A stretch of DNA of 62,977 nt, the filler included, from Octopus bimaculoides (Eukaryota), in assembly GCF_001194135.2 (NCBI RefSeq). It is 8 parts of 8 records of this genome, joined end to end, with 100 filler letters (N's around TTAATTAATTAA, not from the genome) between each part and the next. Parts side by side here need not be neighbours in the genome. Positions count along the whole stretch, not along the records: positions 1 to 31,304 come from NC_068987.1; 7 more parts are not named here. The stretch is one strand, 5' to 3'. Position 1 is the stretch's first letter. Each line of letters opens with the position of its first letter. Below are positions 12,801 to 25,500 of the stretch, in pieces. Position numbers and translations under genes: made by a program. The notes beneath the pieces were generated by a model, which was not told the origin of the DNA, searched no databases, and worked only from the letters and a program-made list of their open reading frames with translations.

Positions 12801-14853
12801 GTATCGGTGTTGCTGAAATTAGGATTTCTACTATGCGGGGAACTGTTCAAAATATACTTTGACCTTCGATAAGTGCAGTGCATATAGAAACATAGAGAGA
12901 GCATATAAGCACAGTTGCAACATGTATGTGCTAAAGTTATTATTCAATAATGCATTGAAGTAGTAATTGAGAATGAATGACTAAATAAGTAATCATATCA
13001 GATATATATCCATGTGTGTGGTTGTATGTGTGTATCATTTAATGAGCACACACATATGTGCATACCTACATGCATGTGGGTATACACGTACGTATATATT
13101 TATATATCATAGTAGGCGGCATATTTGCTCAATTCCCGTTTACCCAGTTTCATTTGTACGGCATTGGCCCATTAGAAATAACGTTTAAATGCGCTTTCAG
13201 AAGTTGCTACGAGATGTCATTCTATCCAGAACCAAGTCTCTGTAAAACTATCAGCTCAAGCGCGTATCATTGCCGGTGTCATTAATTTCTCTCTATTACA
13301 GTTCATGCCAGTCATATTTAACTGTAAAGCAACTGTAAACAAACAGTTATCTGTTGTCACAAATATTCCATCTGTGACCATACGCTTCATTTCATCAGTT
13401 GTTATTTCAAAACCAAACATTTCTTCTTTGTTCTTCTACTTTTCCGATGGTGGACTGCGATTTGATGTAGATTTACTTGCTATAACGAGTAGACCATGCT
13501 ATCACGTTGAAGATCCTGGCCTGGTTCGATACAATCTCTATCTAATACATACGAAGTGTGTCGTGATTTTCGATCACCGCTGTGAATTTAATAATATTTC
13601 GAGGTTATCAATAAACCTTGCATAAAAACTTGTAATGTTTAAATAGCAGGAATCTAGTTGAGATGAAAATCAAATAATGTAAGATTTCTAATGAATTCTC
13701 TTAAAAAATTTCATATAACTTCCGGCAAAGATATCCCTCGTGATTTTATGAAATAATCATAGCAATGTTAATGCTAAAACAAGGTGCAACAAACCTAATT
13801 ATCAATCGAAAAATCAGCTGGATGCTAGTGGGTACAGAGATAAAAATCACACAATATTAATTTACTTCGCTAAAGCTTCTCCATGTGAACTTTCGGAGAA
13901 ATTATTTCTTTGTGAAATAGTAAATTAATTTAATTTTCGCATCGTTTTGAAACTCAACGCAGCTAGAAACAATAAATGTTAAAAGAATCTCCGAGATTTC
14001 GTTTCCGTTACCATATGAAGAATTTTAAATTATGATGTCAGAGCCATTGCATGTATAATGTACATATATACCATGATATATATATACGGTAATTCTTAAA
14101 CGTACACTTACAGGTATGTATACATCTCACGCAAACACAAGTAAAGACATATCTAGCAATACATACAGTTACACATTCAGTCATATATTCACACACAGAT
14201 ACACGAACATGCAGATACACATGAACAAACACACAGGCACACACATACACACACACACATTATATATAGGATGTTATTTTCAACAGAGCTGTTTCTTAAC
14301 TCCAGTGATAATGGACTACAGTCTCATTTCCGACGGAAATATCGCATCGAGCACGAAACTCTAAATAGCAGCGCAGCAGCGTTTCACCAACCTGATACGT
14401 ACAAATATATTGTCGCGTGCATTCGTGCACCGACGTATACGTGGCTGGCTTTGTGTGTAGTGGGGGAAGAGCTTGTACACACGCGCATACACACACACCT
14501 ACGCACAAAGTCAAACACACACGCATATGTATACGTTAATGGACGGATTTATCTATGTGTATATTTATATTCATGAGTTTGGGTGTTTAAACTCTGTGCG
14601 TATAGACGTCATTGTAGATTCAAAAATTGTTCTTGATATGTACCAAGAACACGAATATTGACTGAATACTGGAATAACGGAATAATAGTGTAAACGGCAT
14701 TTGCAAGTTTGGTGTAGGCCTATGGACGATTTCATAAAAAAATATATGTATATAAATATATAATTTACAAAGGTACCGTTAATTCTTTTATTATCCAATG
14801 TCACTAGCTTAAGAATGATAAAGAAGGTAGACATACTTAGTAGGTCCTTTGAT

Positions 14854-14889
<36 letters not shown>

Positions 14890-16018
14890 NNNNNNNNNNN
14901 NNNNNNNNNNNNNNNNNNNNNNNNNNNNNNNNNNNNNNNNNNNNNNNNNNNNNNNNNNNNNNNNNNNNNNNNNNNNNNNNNNNNNNNNNNNNNNNNNNNN
15001 NNNNNNNNNNNNNNNNNNNNNNNNNNNNNNNNNNNNNNNNNNNNNNNNNNNNNNNNNNNNNNNNNNNNNNNNNNNNNNNNNNNNNNNNNNNNNNNNNNNN
15101 NNNNNNNNNNNNNNNNNNNNNNNNNNNNNNNNNNNNNNNNNNNNNNNNNNNNNNNNNNNNNNNNNNNNNNNNNNNNNNNNNNNNNNNNNNNNNNNNNNNN
15201 NNNNNNNNNNNNNNNNNNNNNNNNNNNNNNNNNNNNNNNNNNNNNNNNNNNNNNNNNNNNNNNNNNNNNNNNNNNNNNNNNNNNNNNNNNNNNNNNNNNN
15301 NNNNNNNNNNNNNNNNNNNNNNNNNNNNNNNNNNNNNNNNNNNNNNNNNNNNNNNNNNNNNNNNNNNNNNNNNNNNNNNNNNNNNNNNNNNNNNNNNNNN
15401 NNNNNNNNNNNNNNNNNNNNNNNNNNNNNNNNNNNNNNNNNNNNNNNNNNNNNNNNNNNNNNNNNNNNNNNNNNNNNNNNNNNNNNNNNNNNNNNNNNNN
15501 NNNNNNNNNNNNNNNNNNNNNNNNNNNNNNNNNNNNNNNNNNNNNNNNNNNACACACACACACATATACATATATGCAAAGGTTAATAAATAAATACCCC
15601 CCAAAAAGTACACTATTATCTGGTTATCTTGTTTAATATTAAATTGTTTTTATATGTAACTGGACATACAGTAGCATTAATGCACATATATGCATTAGCT
15701 ACCCCCTCTATATTTTCTCCTCTCTTTCACTCGCTCTATGGTTATCTGTCTATCTATAAATGTATCTACTTGTCTTTCATATATATATATATATATATAT
15801 ATATGGCTTTAATAATAATAAGAAAAAAAAAGAAGTTATGTAATGAATAATTATTTCTTGTCTATATAGTTATAAACTAAGGCAGAAAAGGAGACCAAGC
15901 AAAACGGTCTATATCTATCTTTCTAGCTCGCTAGCCATATCCTTCTGTCTGCCCGTTTGTCCGTCTGTCATTCTGTCGCTCCCCCCTCTCTCTCTCTTTC
16001 TCTATCTATCTATCTATA

Positions 16019-16131
<113 letters not shown>

Positions 16132-16781
16132 ATGTATTGTGTATATATATATAAACCCGAAACAAGACAAGACCAATAACAATTCCTTTAAGAAGGAAAT
16201 ATTTCTCAGACGTAATGACTATGCCGTGGCATACGTACCTCACAAACGTACATACATATATGTATACGTACAGACATACATACAATCATACATATACTTA
16301 CATTCACAGTAGTAGATTTGACTGAAGTTTTTAAGAGAAAAATCGAGCAATTAAATCCGTCTTTAAATCTTCCTGTCAAAACATTTCTCAGATGCTTTTG
16401 AACCTGTTTGATTTTTAAGAAGACCGAGTGTGTATCACCATCACCAGCCCGTGTAACTTCTTTCTGACTTAGACAAGTAGCGGTTTCCGAACAACGTTTA
16501 TCAGATTTTGGTTAATTTGGAATAAAAGATAAAAAAAAAAAATCACTTAGCAAATAAGTTATGGATTAGATTTGACAGAAATGGTTCTGAAAAGTTCTCA
16601 GCTGAATAAAATTGTACTGCTTGTTCTTCAGAAAACATATTAAACGTCTAAATGAAATTTCTGCCTGCCTGTCTGTTCGACTAGTGTCTGTATATACCTA
16701 TCTATCTACTCAAAAAGATTTCTCCAACCCCACGCATCTATTTTCTTAAGCAAAACGCATACACACACACACACATATATA

Positions 16782-16813
<32 letters not shown>

Positions 16814-17300
16814 NNNNNNNNNNNNNNNNNNNNNNNNNNNNNNNNNNNNNNNNNNNNNNNNNNNNNNNNNNNNNNNNNNNNNNNNNNNNNNNNNNNNNNN
16901 NNNNNNNNNNNNNNNNNNNNNNNNNNNNNNNNNNNNNNNNNNNNNNNNNNNNNNNNNNNNNNNNNNNNNNNNNNNNNNNNNNNNNNNNNNNNNNNNNNNN
17001 NNNNNNNNNNNNNNNNNNNNNNNNNNNNNNNNNNNNNNNNNNNNNNNNNNNNNNNNNNNNNNNNNNNNNNNNNNNNNNNNNNNNNNNNNNNNNNNNNNNN
17101 NNNNNNNNNNNNNNNNNNNNNNNNNNNNNNNNNNNNNNNNNNNNNNNNNNNNNNNNNNNNNNNNNNNNNNNNNNNNNNNNNNNNNNNNNNNNNNNNNNNN
17201 NNNNNNNNNNNNNNNNNNNNNNNNNNNNNNNNNNNNNNNNNNNNNNNNNNNNNNNNNNNNNNNNNNNNNNNNNNNNNNNNNNNNNNNNNNNNNNNNNNNN

Positions 17301-17423
<123 letters not shown>

Positions 17424-18125
17424 ATGTATATGCGTGTGTAAAAAGTGTGTTATGAGCATTTGTATGATAAAATCTTATATAAACTCAACTAACAATTACA
17501 AAATGGAGACGATAAAATGTTAAAAGTTTTTGTAAAATTTTAATCCATGTATACGATCGTTTCAAATGATATTACCAACATGTAAGAAAACATGGAAAAA
17601 TTAAATTAATTATAATAATAATTAAATGAAATTAATTTAATTTTCTATTACCATTCTCTTGAGGGGAAAAGATGAAGAAAACATCAAAAAATGTTTTACG
17701 AAAAAATATTACAAGGAAACTACACAGAGCCTGTGTCGGATACGTCGACCGGATATTCATAAATAGATTGTGAAAGAGGAAAAAAAAGATATAGGAAGAT
17801 GCTTATGCAGTGTTGGGTCTATCGGTGTAAGAAATATAACCGTTTTGACGGCCAAAACGGTTGTAGTCTTTACATAGATAGGGTCAACACTACGTAAGGG
17901 TGGTGTTGAAATCATTGTGATCTACGGTCGATAGCTGATAAAGGAATTTTGCTAAATGGAAAATGCATGAAATATGTGCGTGTGTGTGTGTACACATGAC
18001 CCACACATAAAAATACATTATAAATATCTGTACGTGTATATTATCACAATATAGTCATACATACACATGTACATACTTTTCATGTATATCTATATTTATA
18101 TTATACACACAAATATATGCATATA

Positions 18126-18176
<51 letters not shown>

Positions 18177-18933
18177 NNNNNNNNNNNNNNNNNNNNNNNN
18201 NNNNNNNNNNNNNNNNNNNNNNNNNNNNNNNNNNNNNNNNNNNNNNNNNNNNNNNNNNNNNNNNNNNNNNNNNNNNNNNNNNNNNNNNNNNNNNNNNNNN
18301 NNNNNNNNNNNNNNNNNNNNNNNNNNNNNNNNNNNNNNNNNNNNNNNNNNNNNNNNNNNNNNNNNNNNNNNNNNNNNNNNNNNNNNNNNNNNNNNNNNNN
18401 NNNNNNNNNNNNNNNNNNNNNNNNNNNNNNNNNNNNNNNNNNNNNNNNNNNNNNNNNNNNNNNNNNNNNNNNNNNNNNNNNNNNNNNNNNNNNNNNNNNN
18501 NNNNNNNNNNNNNNNNNNNNNNNNNNNNNNNNNNNNNNNNNNNNNNNNNNNNNNNNNNNNNNNNNNNNNNNNNNNNNNNNNNNNNNNNNNNNNNNNNNNN
18601 NNNNNNNNNNNNNNNNNNNNNNNNNNNNNNNNNNNNNNNNNNNNNNNNNNNNNNNNNNNNNNNNNNNNNNNNNNNNNNNNNNNNNNNNNNNNNNNNNNNN
18701 NNNNNNNNNNNNNNNNNNNNNNNNNNNNNNNNNNNNNNNNNNNNNNNNNNNNNNNNNNNNNNNNNNNNNNNNNNNNNNNNNNNNNNNNNNNNNNNNNNNN
18801 NNNNNNNNNNNNNNNNNNNNNNNNNNNNNNNNNNNNNNNNNNNNNNNNNNNNNNNNNNNNNNNNNNNNNNNNNNNNNNNNNNNNNNNNNNNNNATATATA
18901 TATATATATATATATACATACATACATACATAT

Positions 18934-18967
<34 letters not shown>

Positions 18968-19878
18968 GTGAGAGTGAGTGTGTTTGTGTGTGTATGAGTG
19001 TGCGCGTGTGTGTGTGTGTGTGTGTGCGTATGTGTATATATATAGTGGAAAATTAATATAAAAGCAGTACAAATATTTAATCCCTACCTACTTTGCACTG
19101 TTGCCGCATCTGGAACTCACTATTGAATGCTTCAAATAAATTACGATGTTGTATGTATGTATATATGTGAGTGTGTGTGTATGTATGCGCATTTACGTAT
19201 GCAATACATACATACATACATCGTACATACATACACACAGAGACAGACAGACAGACACACAGTTATGTATTGAGAGAATAACATACTAGTGACCTAGCTA
19301 ACAAGAAATATATATGTGTGTAGCAGAGTTCACTTTCTTGTGTGTGTAGAGTGAGAGAGAATAAAAGTGCGACAAAATGAAGTTCTAAAATTATTGTCAT
19401 GTAAATCATTTCAAATATTTCGGTGATATACGGCTATGAGATTACTCTCGGGCAAATAACCACAATTTGTTTCGTAGAGAGAACGTTATGATATTGCTGA
19501 CGTATACATACACAGCAGTTAGTTTATAGCGAAGCTATTAAGAGGCTCTGCTCGTGCAAATATTCATAAAGTGTTTGACTGATAAAGTTAGATAAATTAC
19601 CGCCGTGCAAATAACCAAAACACGTTTGATCGAAATCAATATTCGACAATTTTGCCGTGCAAAGATCTACCAATACTCCAGAATAGTAGATTCAATTACC
19701 CAGGCAGGATGAGATTTTGGAACGACAATATACGTAAATGCGACCATAGAAATGGTAATATTGAAAACATAAGAATAGGTCAAATATAAATCATTATAAG
19801 GTCGTTAACCACGTTAAATATGCATGATCGAACCTTGTAGCAGAGTGTAAGTAAGTAATTAATTACAGTTAGCTACAA

Positions 19879-20096
19879 AGGCTGTGAGTTGTGTGAATGG
19901 TGAGCATTCTGGGTATAATTCTTAGCGCTATGTCTCCCGCCCTTTAATTTTGAGTTCAAATGCTACTGAGGTCGACTTTGCATTTCATCCCTCTCGGGGT
20001 TGATAACATACGTACCAGTTGAGTATTGGGTTTGATGTCCTCGACTAGCCTCTCCCACAAAACTTCAGACCTTGTGCTTATTACAGAAAGAATTAC
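19879..20096 (+). mobile_element. SINE family A, tail type i
   Basis: GAGTTCAAAT B-box, GAGGTCGACTTTGC..GGGGTTGATAA body, GACCTTGTGC tail. Confidence 0.75.
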
Positions 20097-20288
20097 AGTA
20101 AAATAAAATGTTTGTGTTGATGGGTTATCTTGATTGTTTGTTATTGTCTTTTAAGTAATGAATTTTGTTTTTCAACGATACAAATCATGCTTATTATTTT
20201 TTTCACAATTGAGTTTAATCCATTATTATTAAACAAAATCTGTAAAATTTCTATTCCAACATACTCACCACACCTTCATGTATAATCC

Positions 20289-20450
20289 TTCCTACTCTAG
20301 GCACAAGGTCCGAAATATTTTGAGAAGAGCTAGTCGATTAGATCGAACCCAGTACGCAACTGGTACTTAATTTATCGAGCCCGAAAGGATGATAGGCAAA
20401 GCCGACCTCGACGGAAATTGAATTCAGAACGTAAAGACAGACGAAATACA
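20289..20450 (-). mobile_element. SINE family A, tail type i, head-truncated
   Basis: Reverse-complement body CCCGAAAGGATGATAGGCAAAGCCGACCTCG. Confidence 0.75.
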
Positions 20451-21601
20451 TTCATGTATAATACCTTGTTCGAAATGTTAGATTCCATTTGCTTGCACCA
20501 CTATGCTTCAAATGAGCCTCCATAGATACTAGACCTCCTAGAAATAGCAGCCAAATGTCACTCATATTCATACCTACACGCCTCTGAGAGGAAAAATGCA
20601 TTGGGTATATTTCTATCAAGGAACGGCCCCGTGACAAAATATCAAATTACACTCCTTCTTATCGCATATAAAACGCCTGAAGTACTTTGTTCACCGCATG
20701 TCACAAAGCCAATTCTTGTAGAGTCAGGACTAATTACGTTCCAATTATGTAAAAACTTATCTTAATGTACAATGTGAAAATTTTAGTGACTCAGACCAAC
20801 AATAGATTCCTTAAGATTTTGTTGTCCTGTGTATCACATGTGATACGTATGACATAATGCCCTAGCCTTCATGTATCAGAGATGTTACACATTTCAATTT
20901 GTATCCCCCAATAGTGCACCTGAGGTTTCGAGCCTTGTATTATTTAGAATGTAAAACAAGGGCTAAAAATAAGTACGCAAGCAAACACGAAAGTCGAAGA
21001 CAGAAATATAAAAAAAGTCGTGGACAGGCAAAGGTTTCAATGATATTTCCCCAACACTACTTTACTGAAAACAAAAAAAAAACAAAAAAACAACATTTGA
21101 AGTAGCAGTGAGAACCAATCAGCTTGGTATCTCCATCTCTCTATTTCACTGACATACGATTTTTAGTGAAAAATCTCCGTTTCATCTATTTCTTTATCAT
21201 TTATTGTTGCTGTTGGTGTTCATGTTTCATTCACGCATCCGCAACAGAGAGACAAAATACAAGTAATGTGATTAGATGAATATATTCTACAAAATTTCCC
21301 TTCTCATTCCATTTATAAAATTGGCTTCGTGTTTAATCGAAGCAAGTCATTATCGAACAAAGGAAAAACGAAAACATGGAAAACATTTTACTGGACCTTT
21401 AATTGAACAATTTTGCTATGAGAATAGTGCTTCTTTTTTAAATTCAAATTGTATAGAGGCATGAAACGTCTATATGTCAGAAAACATTTTCAATATTGAT
21501 TTGTATCGTCGAGCAGACTTCCTTTCAATGGAGAAAGGACATCTTTCAATTATATACACATACACATAGATACGCACATATGGATGTATACGTTTTTATG
21601 C

Positions 21602-21632
<31 letters not shown>

Positions 21633-24563
21633 NNNNNNNNNNNNNNNNNNNNNNNNNNNNNNNNNNNNNNNNNNNNNNNNNNNNNNNNNNNNNNNNNNNN
21701 NNNNNNNNNNNNNNNNNNNNNNNNNNNNNNNNNNNNNNNNNNNNNNNNNNNNNNNNNNNNNNNNNNNNNNNNNNNNNNNNNNNNNNNNNNNNNNNNNNNN
21801 NNNNNNNNNNNNNNNNNNNNNNNNNNNNNNNNNNNNNNNNNNNNNNNNNNNNNNNNNNNNNNNNNNNNNNNNNNNNNNNNNNNNNNNNNNNNNNNNNNNN
21901 NNNNNNNNNNNNNNNNNNNNNNNNNNNNNNNNNNNNNNNNNNNNNNNNNNNNNNNNNNNNNNNNNNNNNNNNNNNNNNNNNNNNNNNNNNNNNNNNNNNN
22001 NNNNNNNNNNNNNNNNNNNNNNNNNNNNNNNNNNNNNNNNNNNNNNNNNNNNNNNNNNNNNNNNNNNNNNNNNNNNNNNNNATATATATATATATATACA
22101 TATACTTACGCAAATACTTGCATACATACATATATACATGCACACACTCGATCGTTTATAGTCTTTCATGTGCAGAGTCTCCTGTATTACGTATGCAAAT
22201 GAAAAAGTTATCCAACAAAATGAATTCAACAAAATACATAAATATCATCACCATTGTTATTTTTACAGACTCTAACATAGCGATGTCAATGGTATAATGA
22301 AGGTTGGTGGCTGAGGGCAGGAGACTGGTTGGCAGCTATTAATATAACGTTACATCCATTACTAACTCTAACGAACAAGTTTTCCAAAGTGAAATTAGAA
22401 GTGAAAGTATATCACAACACAGCAGATGACTAACCGGAAGTTCAGTAGTAAATTAGGCAGCCATTTGATCATTCAGGCTTCGCTCTATTGTATTGTTTAT
22501 TCGTTACATAAACGCTGGCTTTGTTAGAGAAAGTTGATTCTAAGGATGAGTATTTCGATTTTGTCTTTGCAAATCCTCGCGCTTATTATCCGACATAAAG
22601 CTTTCTATAATTATATAGCATTGCGGAATATCTTGTCAATTAGGATTTATTATATCGAAGAGGCTATTAAACTGCCTCCTACTAATATCGATACATACTA
22701 ATTAAAAGTTGTGGCAAACGTGCAGATGGTGTGTATTTAACAAAGGATTTTGTTTTGGTGAGTATATGTATAAGCATACGTAGGTTGACGCGCACACTTT
22801 TATTCCTATGCACATTAATATATAAAAAAAACAATAAAATATACACAATGAAAGTTATATATATATATATATATATATATATNNNNNNNNNNNNNNNNNN
22901 NNNNNNNNNNNNNNNNNNNNNNNNNNNNNNNNNNNNNNNNNNNNNNNNNNNNNNNNNNNNNNNNNNNNNNNNNNNNNNNNNNNNNNNNNNNNNNNNNNNN
23001 NNNNNNNNNNNNNNNNNNNNNNNNNNNNNNNNNNNNNNNNNNNNNNNNNNNNNNNNNNNNNNNNNNNNNNNNNNNNNNNNNNNNNNNNNNNNNNNNNNNN
23101 NNNNNNNNNNNNNNNNNNNNNNNNNNNNNNNNNNNNNNNNNNNNNNNNNNNNNNNNNNNNNNNNNNNNNNNNNNNNNNNNNNNNNNNNNNNNNNNNNNNN
23201 NNNNNNNNNNNNNNNNNNNNNNNNNNNNNNNNNNNNNNNNNNNNNNNNNNNNNNNNNNNNNNNNNNNNNNNNNNNNNNNNNNNNNNNNNNNNNNNNNNNN
23301 NNNNNNNNNNNNNNNNNNNNNNNNNNNNNNNNNNNNNNNNNNNNNNNNNNNNNNNNNNNNNNNNNNNNNNNNNNNNNNNNNNNNNNNNNNNNNNNNNNNN
23401 NNNNNNNNNNNNNNNNNNNNNNNNNNNNNNNNNNNNNNNNNNNNNNNNNNNNNNNNNNNNNNNNNNNNNNNNNNNNNNNNNNNNNNNNNNNNNNNNNNNN
23501 NNNNNNNNNNNNNNNNNNNNNNNNNNNNNNNNNNNNNNNNNNNNNNNNNNNNNNNNNNNNNNNNNNNNNNNNNNNNNNNNNNNNNNNNNNNNNNNNNNNN
23601 NNNNNNNNNNNNNNAGAGATATTGTTCATTAGACTACTGGAGAGTAACATTTAGACAACAATCTCAGTGCTAGATAATAGCAGCGTAAATTAAGTTTATT
23701 TAAGACATTGTCACTCATTAGGAAATGTTTCCATAGTAAGTTCTAAAAGTATTAGACTGAATATTGAAGTACACGCGTGCACACGCACAAACACACACTC
23801 ACACGCACACATGCACACGCACACACACAAACACACACACACACACACTCACCAACACACACATACACATATATACAGACATAAACACATGCAGACACAC
23901 ACACAAACCCACACACATATATATATTTACATACATGCATATATNNNNNNNNNNATATATGTATATGTATATATATGTTTATATAAATATAGATACACGT
24001 GTGAGTGTGTGTGTATGTGTATGCATATGTACGTGTGTGCGCGTGTGTGTGTATGTCTCCGGCAGCGGGCTTTAGTTACGGATTTCCCAGGGTTTTGAGG
24101 TTTGTGGACCTACCTTATAACAAATGCTGTTTCCAGGTCTGTTCTGACGCTAAATAGTAACACCTTTGTGTTAATTAGCATATTTGCGACTTCCCACCCA
24201 TTATTGTAAAGCCAAAACCCAACAGTTTCATTAGAAGAGATCTCTATCCTTCAACAAGGCGTTGTGGGGAGCAGTGCGCACTATAAGGCAAGTAAGATAT
24301 CATGTCTATCCACTAGATCTGTCTGCATCACCTCACCGTTTGAGATGGTCTTGCCATTGGACCGAAGTTGTCAAGAGGAACAGAGTGAGGCTGACAATGC
24401 GTAACTCTTTTTCACTTTAAACGAAGTCACCATTCAATCATCAGTCATCCTTAAGAATAACTAAATAGTCCTCGTTGATCTGATGGAGGGATATTCTATG
24501 TATGTAAGTATGTATGTATGCATGCATCTATGTATGTATGTATTTATGCATGTATGTATAGTG

Positions 24564-24910
24564 AAGGTGCAAGGCTCAGTGTGTAGAGCGTCGATCGTGA
24601 GGATGTGAGTTCGATACCCGAACCGGCCTGCGTGTTGTGTTCTTGAGCAAGGCACTTTATGTCACGTTGCACCAAGTTCACTCAGCTGTAGAAATGAACT
24701 GCGACCTCACTGGTGCCAAGCTGTATCGGTCTTTGCGTTTCTCTTGGATAACATCGGTGGCGCGGTGAGGGGAGGCTGGTATGCATGAGCGACTGCTGGT
24801 CTGCTATAAAACAACTCTAGGTAGTACTTTCGCCAGTGAGGCGACTTCCCGCCCAGACTTGTACTCCAGAACCTCTTTGATACACCCATGATCATTCGTG
24901 AACGACGGAG
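24564..24910 (+). mobile_element. SINE family C (tRNA head plus CORE-like domain)
   Basis: GAGTTCGATACCC B-box, TGTTCTTGAGCAAGGCACTTTAT..CACTCAGCTGTAGAAATG resembling the CORE domain; siblings ~45044-45210 (+) and ~52535-52665 (-). Confidence 0.7.
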
Positions 24911-24946
24911 TCGAGTTATGTATGCATGTATGTAAATATGAATGCA

Positions 24947-25047
<101 letters not shown>

Positions 25048-25164
25048 GCATGTATGCATATATGTGTGTATGTTCTTTTCATTCACTTTTTAATTTTAGT
25101 TTAAATTTTTACCGAATACCTACTTGGTAGCAAGGTCGTGAAGGAAAGTGTCTGCTTTCAACCA

Positions 25165-25500
25165 TCATCCTCTAAACCTTATGAAGGTCTTGCAGAATGT
25201 TGAAGTCCCTGATATCTTGAAGATTTGTAGCGTGTAAATGAAAGATTTGCATTCTCTACGCAAGATCTCAAGTTCAGCCATACTTTGCTTCAGACGCTCT
25301 GATATATATCCTGTTGCTCCAATAAGAAAAGGTATGAAACTGAAAGTGTATCTTGGGTAATGAATTTTCGAACTCCTTTTCATAGGTCCATAGACGTAAT
25401 CTTTCTCTTTTATTTTTCTAATCATATTCGTATCCCTAGGGCAGTTTTTTTCCGCAACAGAACATGTCGTCCCACGTAGGGACAACAATCCGATTGTGTT
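25165..25500 (-). mobile_element. RLE-type LINE C-terminal fragment, related to 9440-10024
   Basis: CSVAEKNCPRDTNMIRKIKEKDYVYGPM..HYPRYTFSFIPFLIGATG..LQIFKISGTSTFCKTFIRF*. Confidence 0.75.

Noticed and set aside
13058-13625. ORFs of 75 and 106 aa with a partly open antisense frame and an acceptor-like site near 13300
   Set aside because: No recognisable domain and no convincing exon boundaries.
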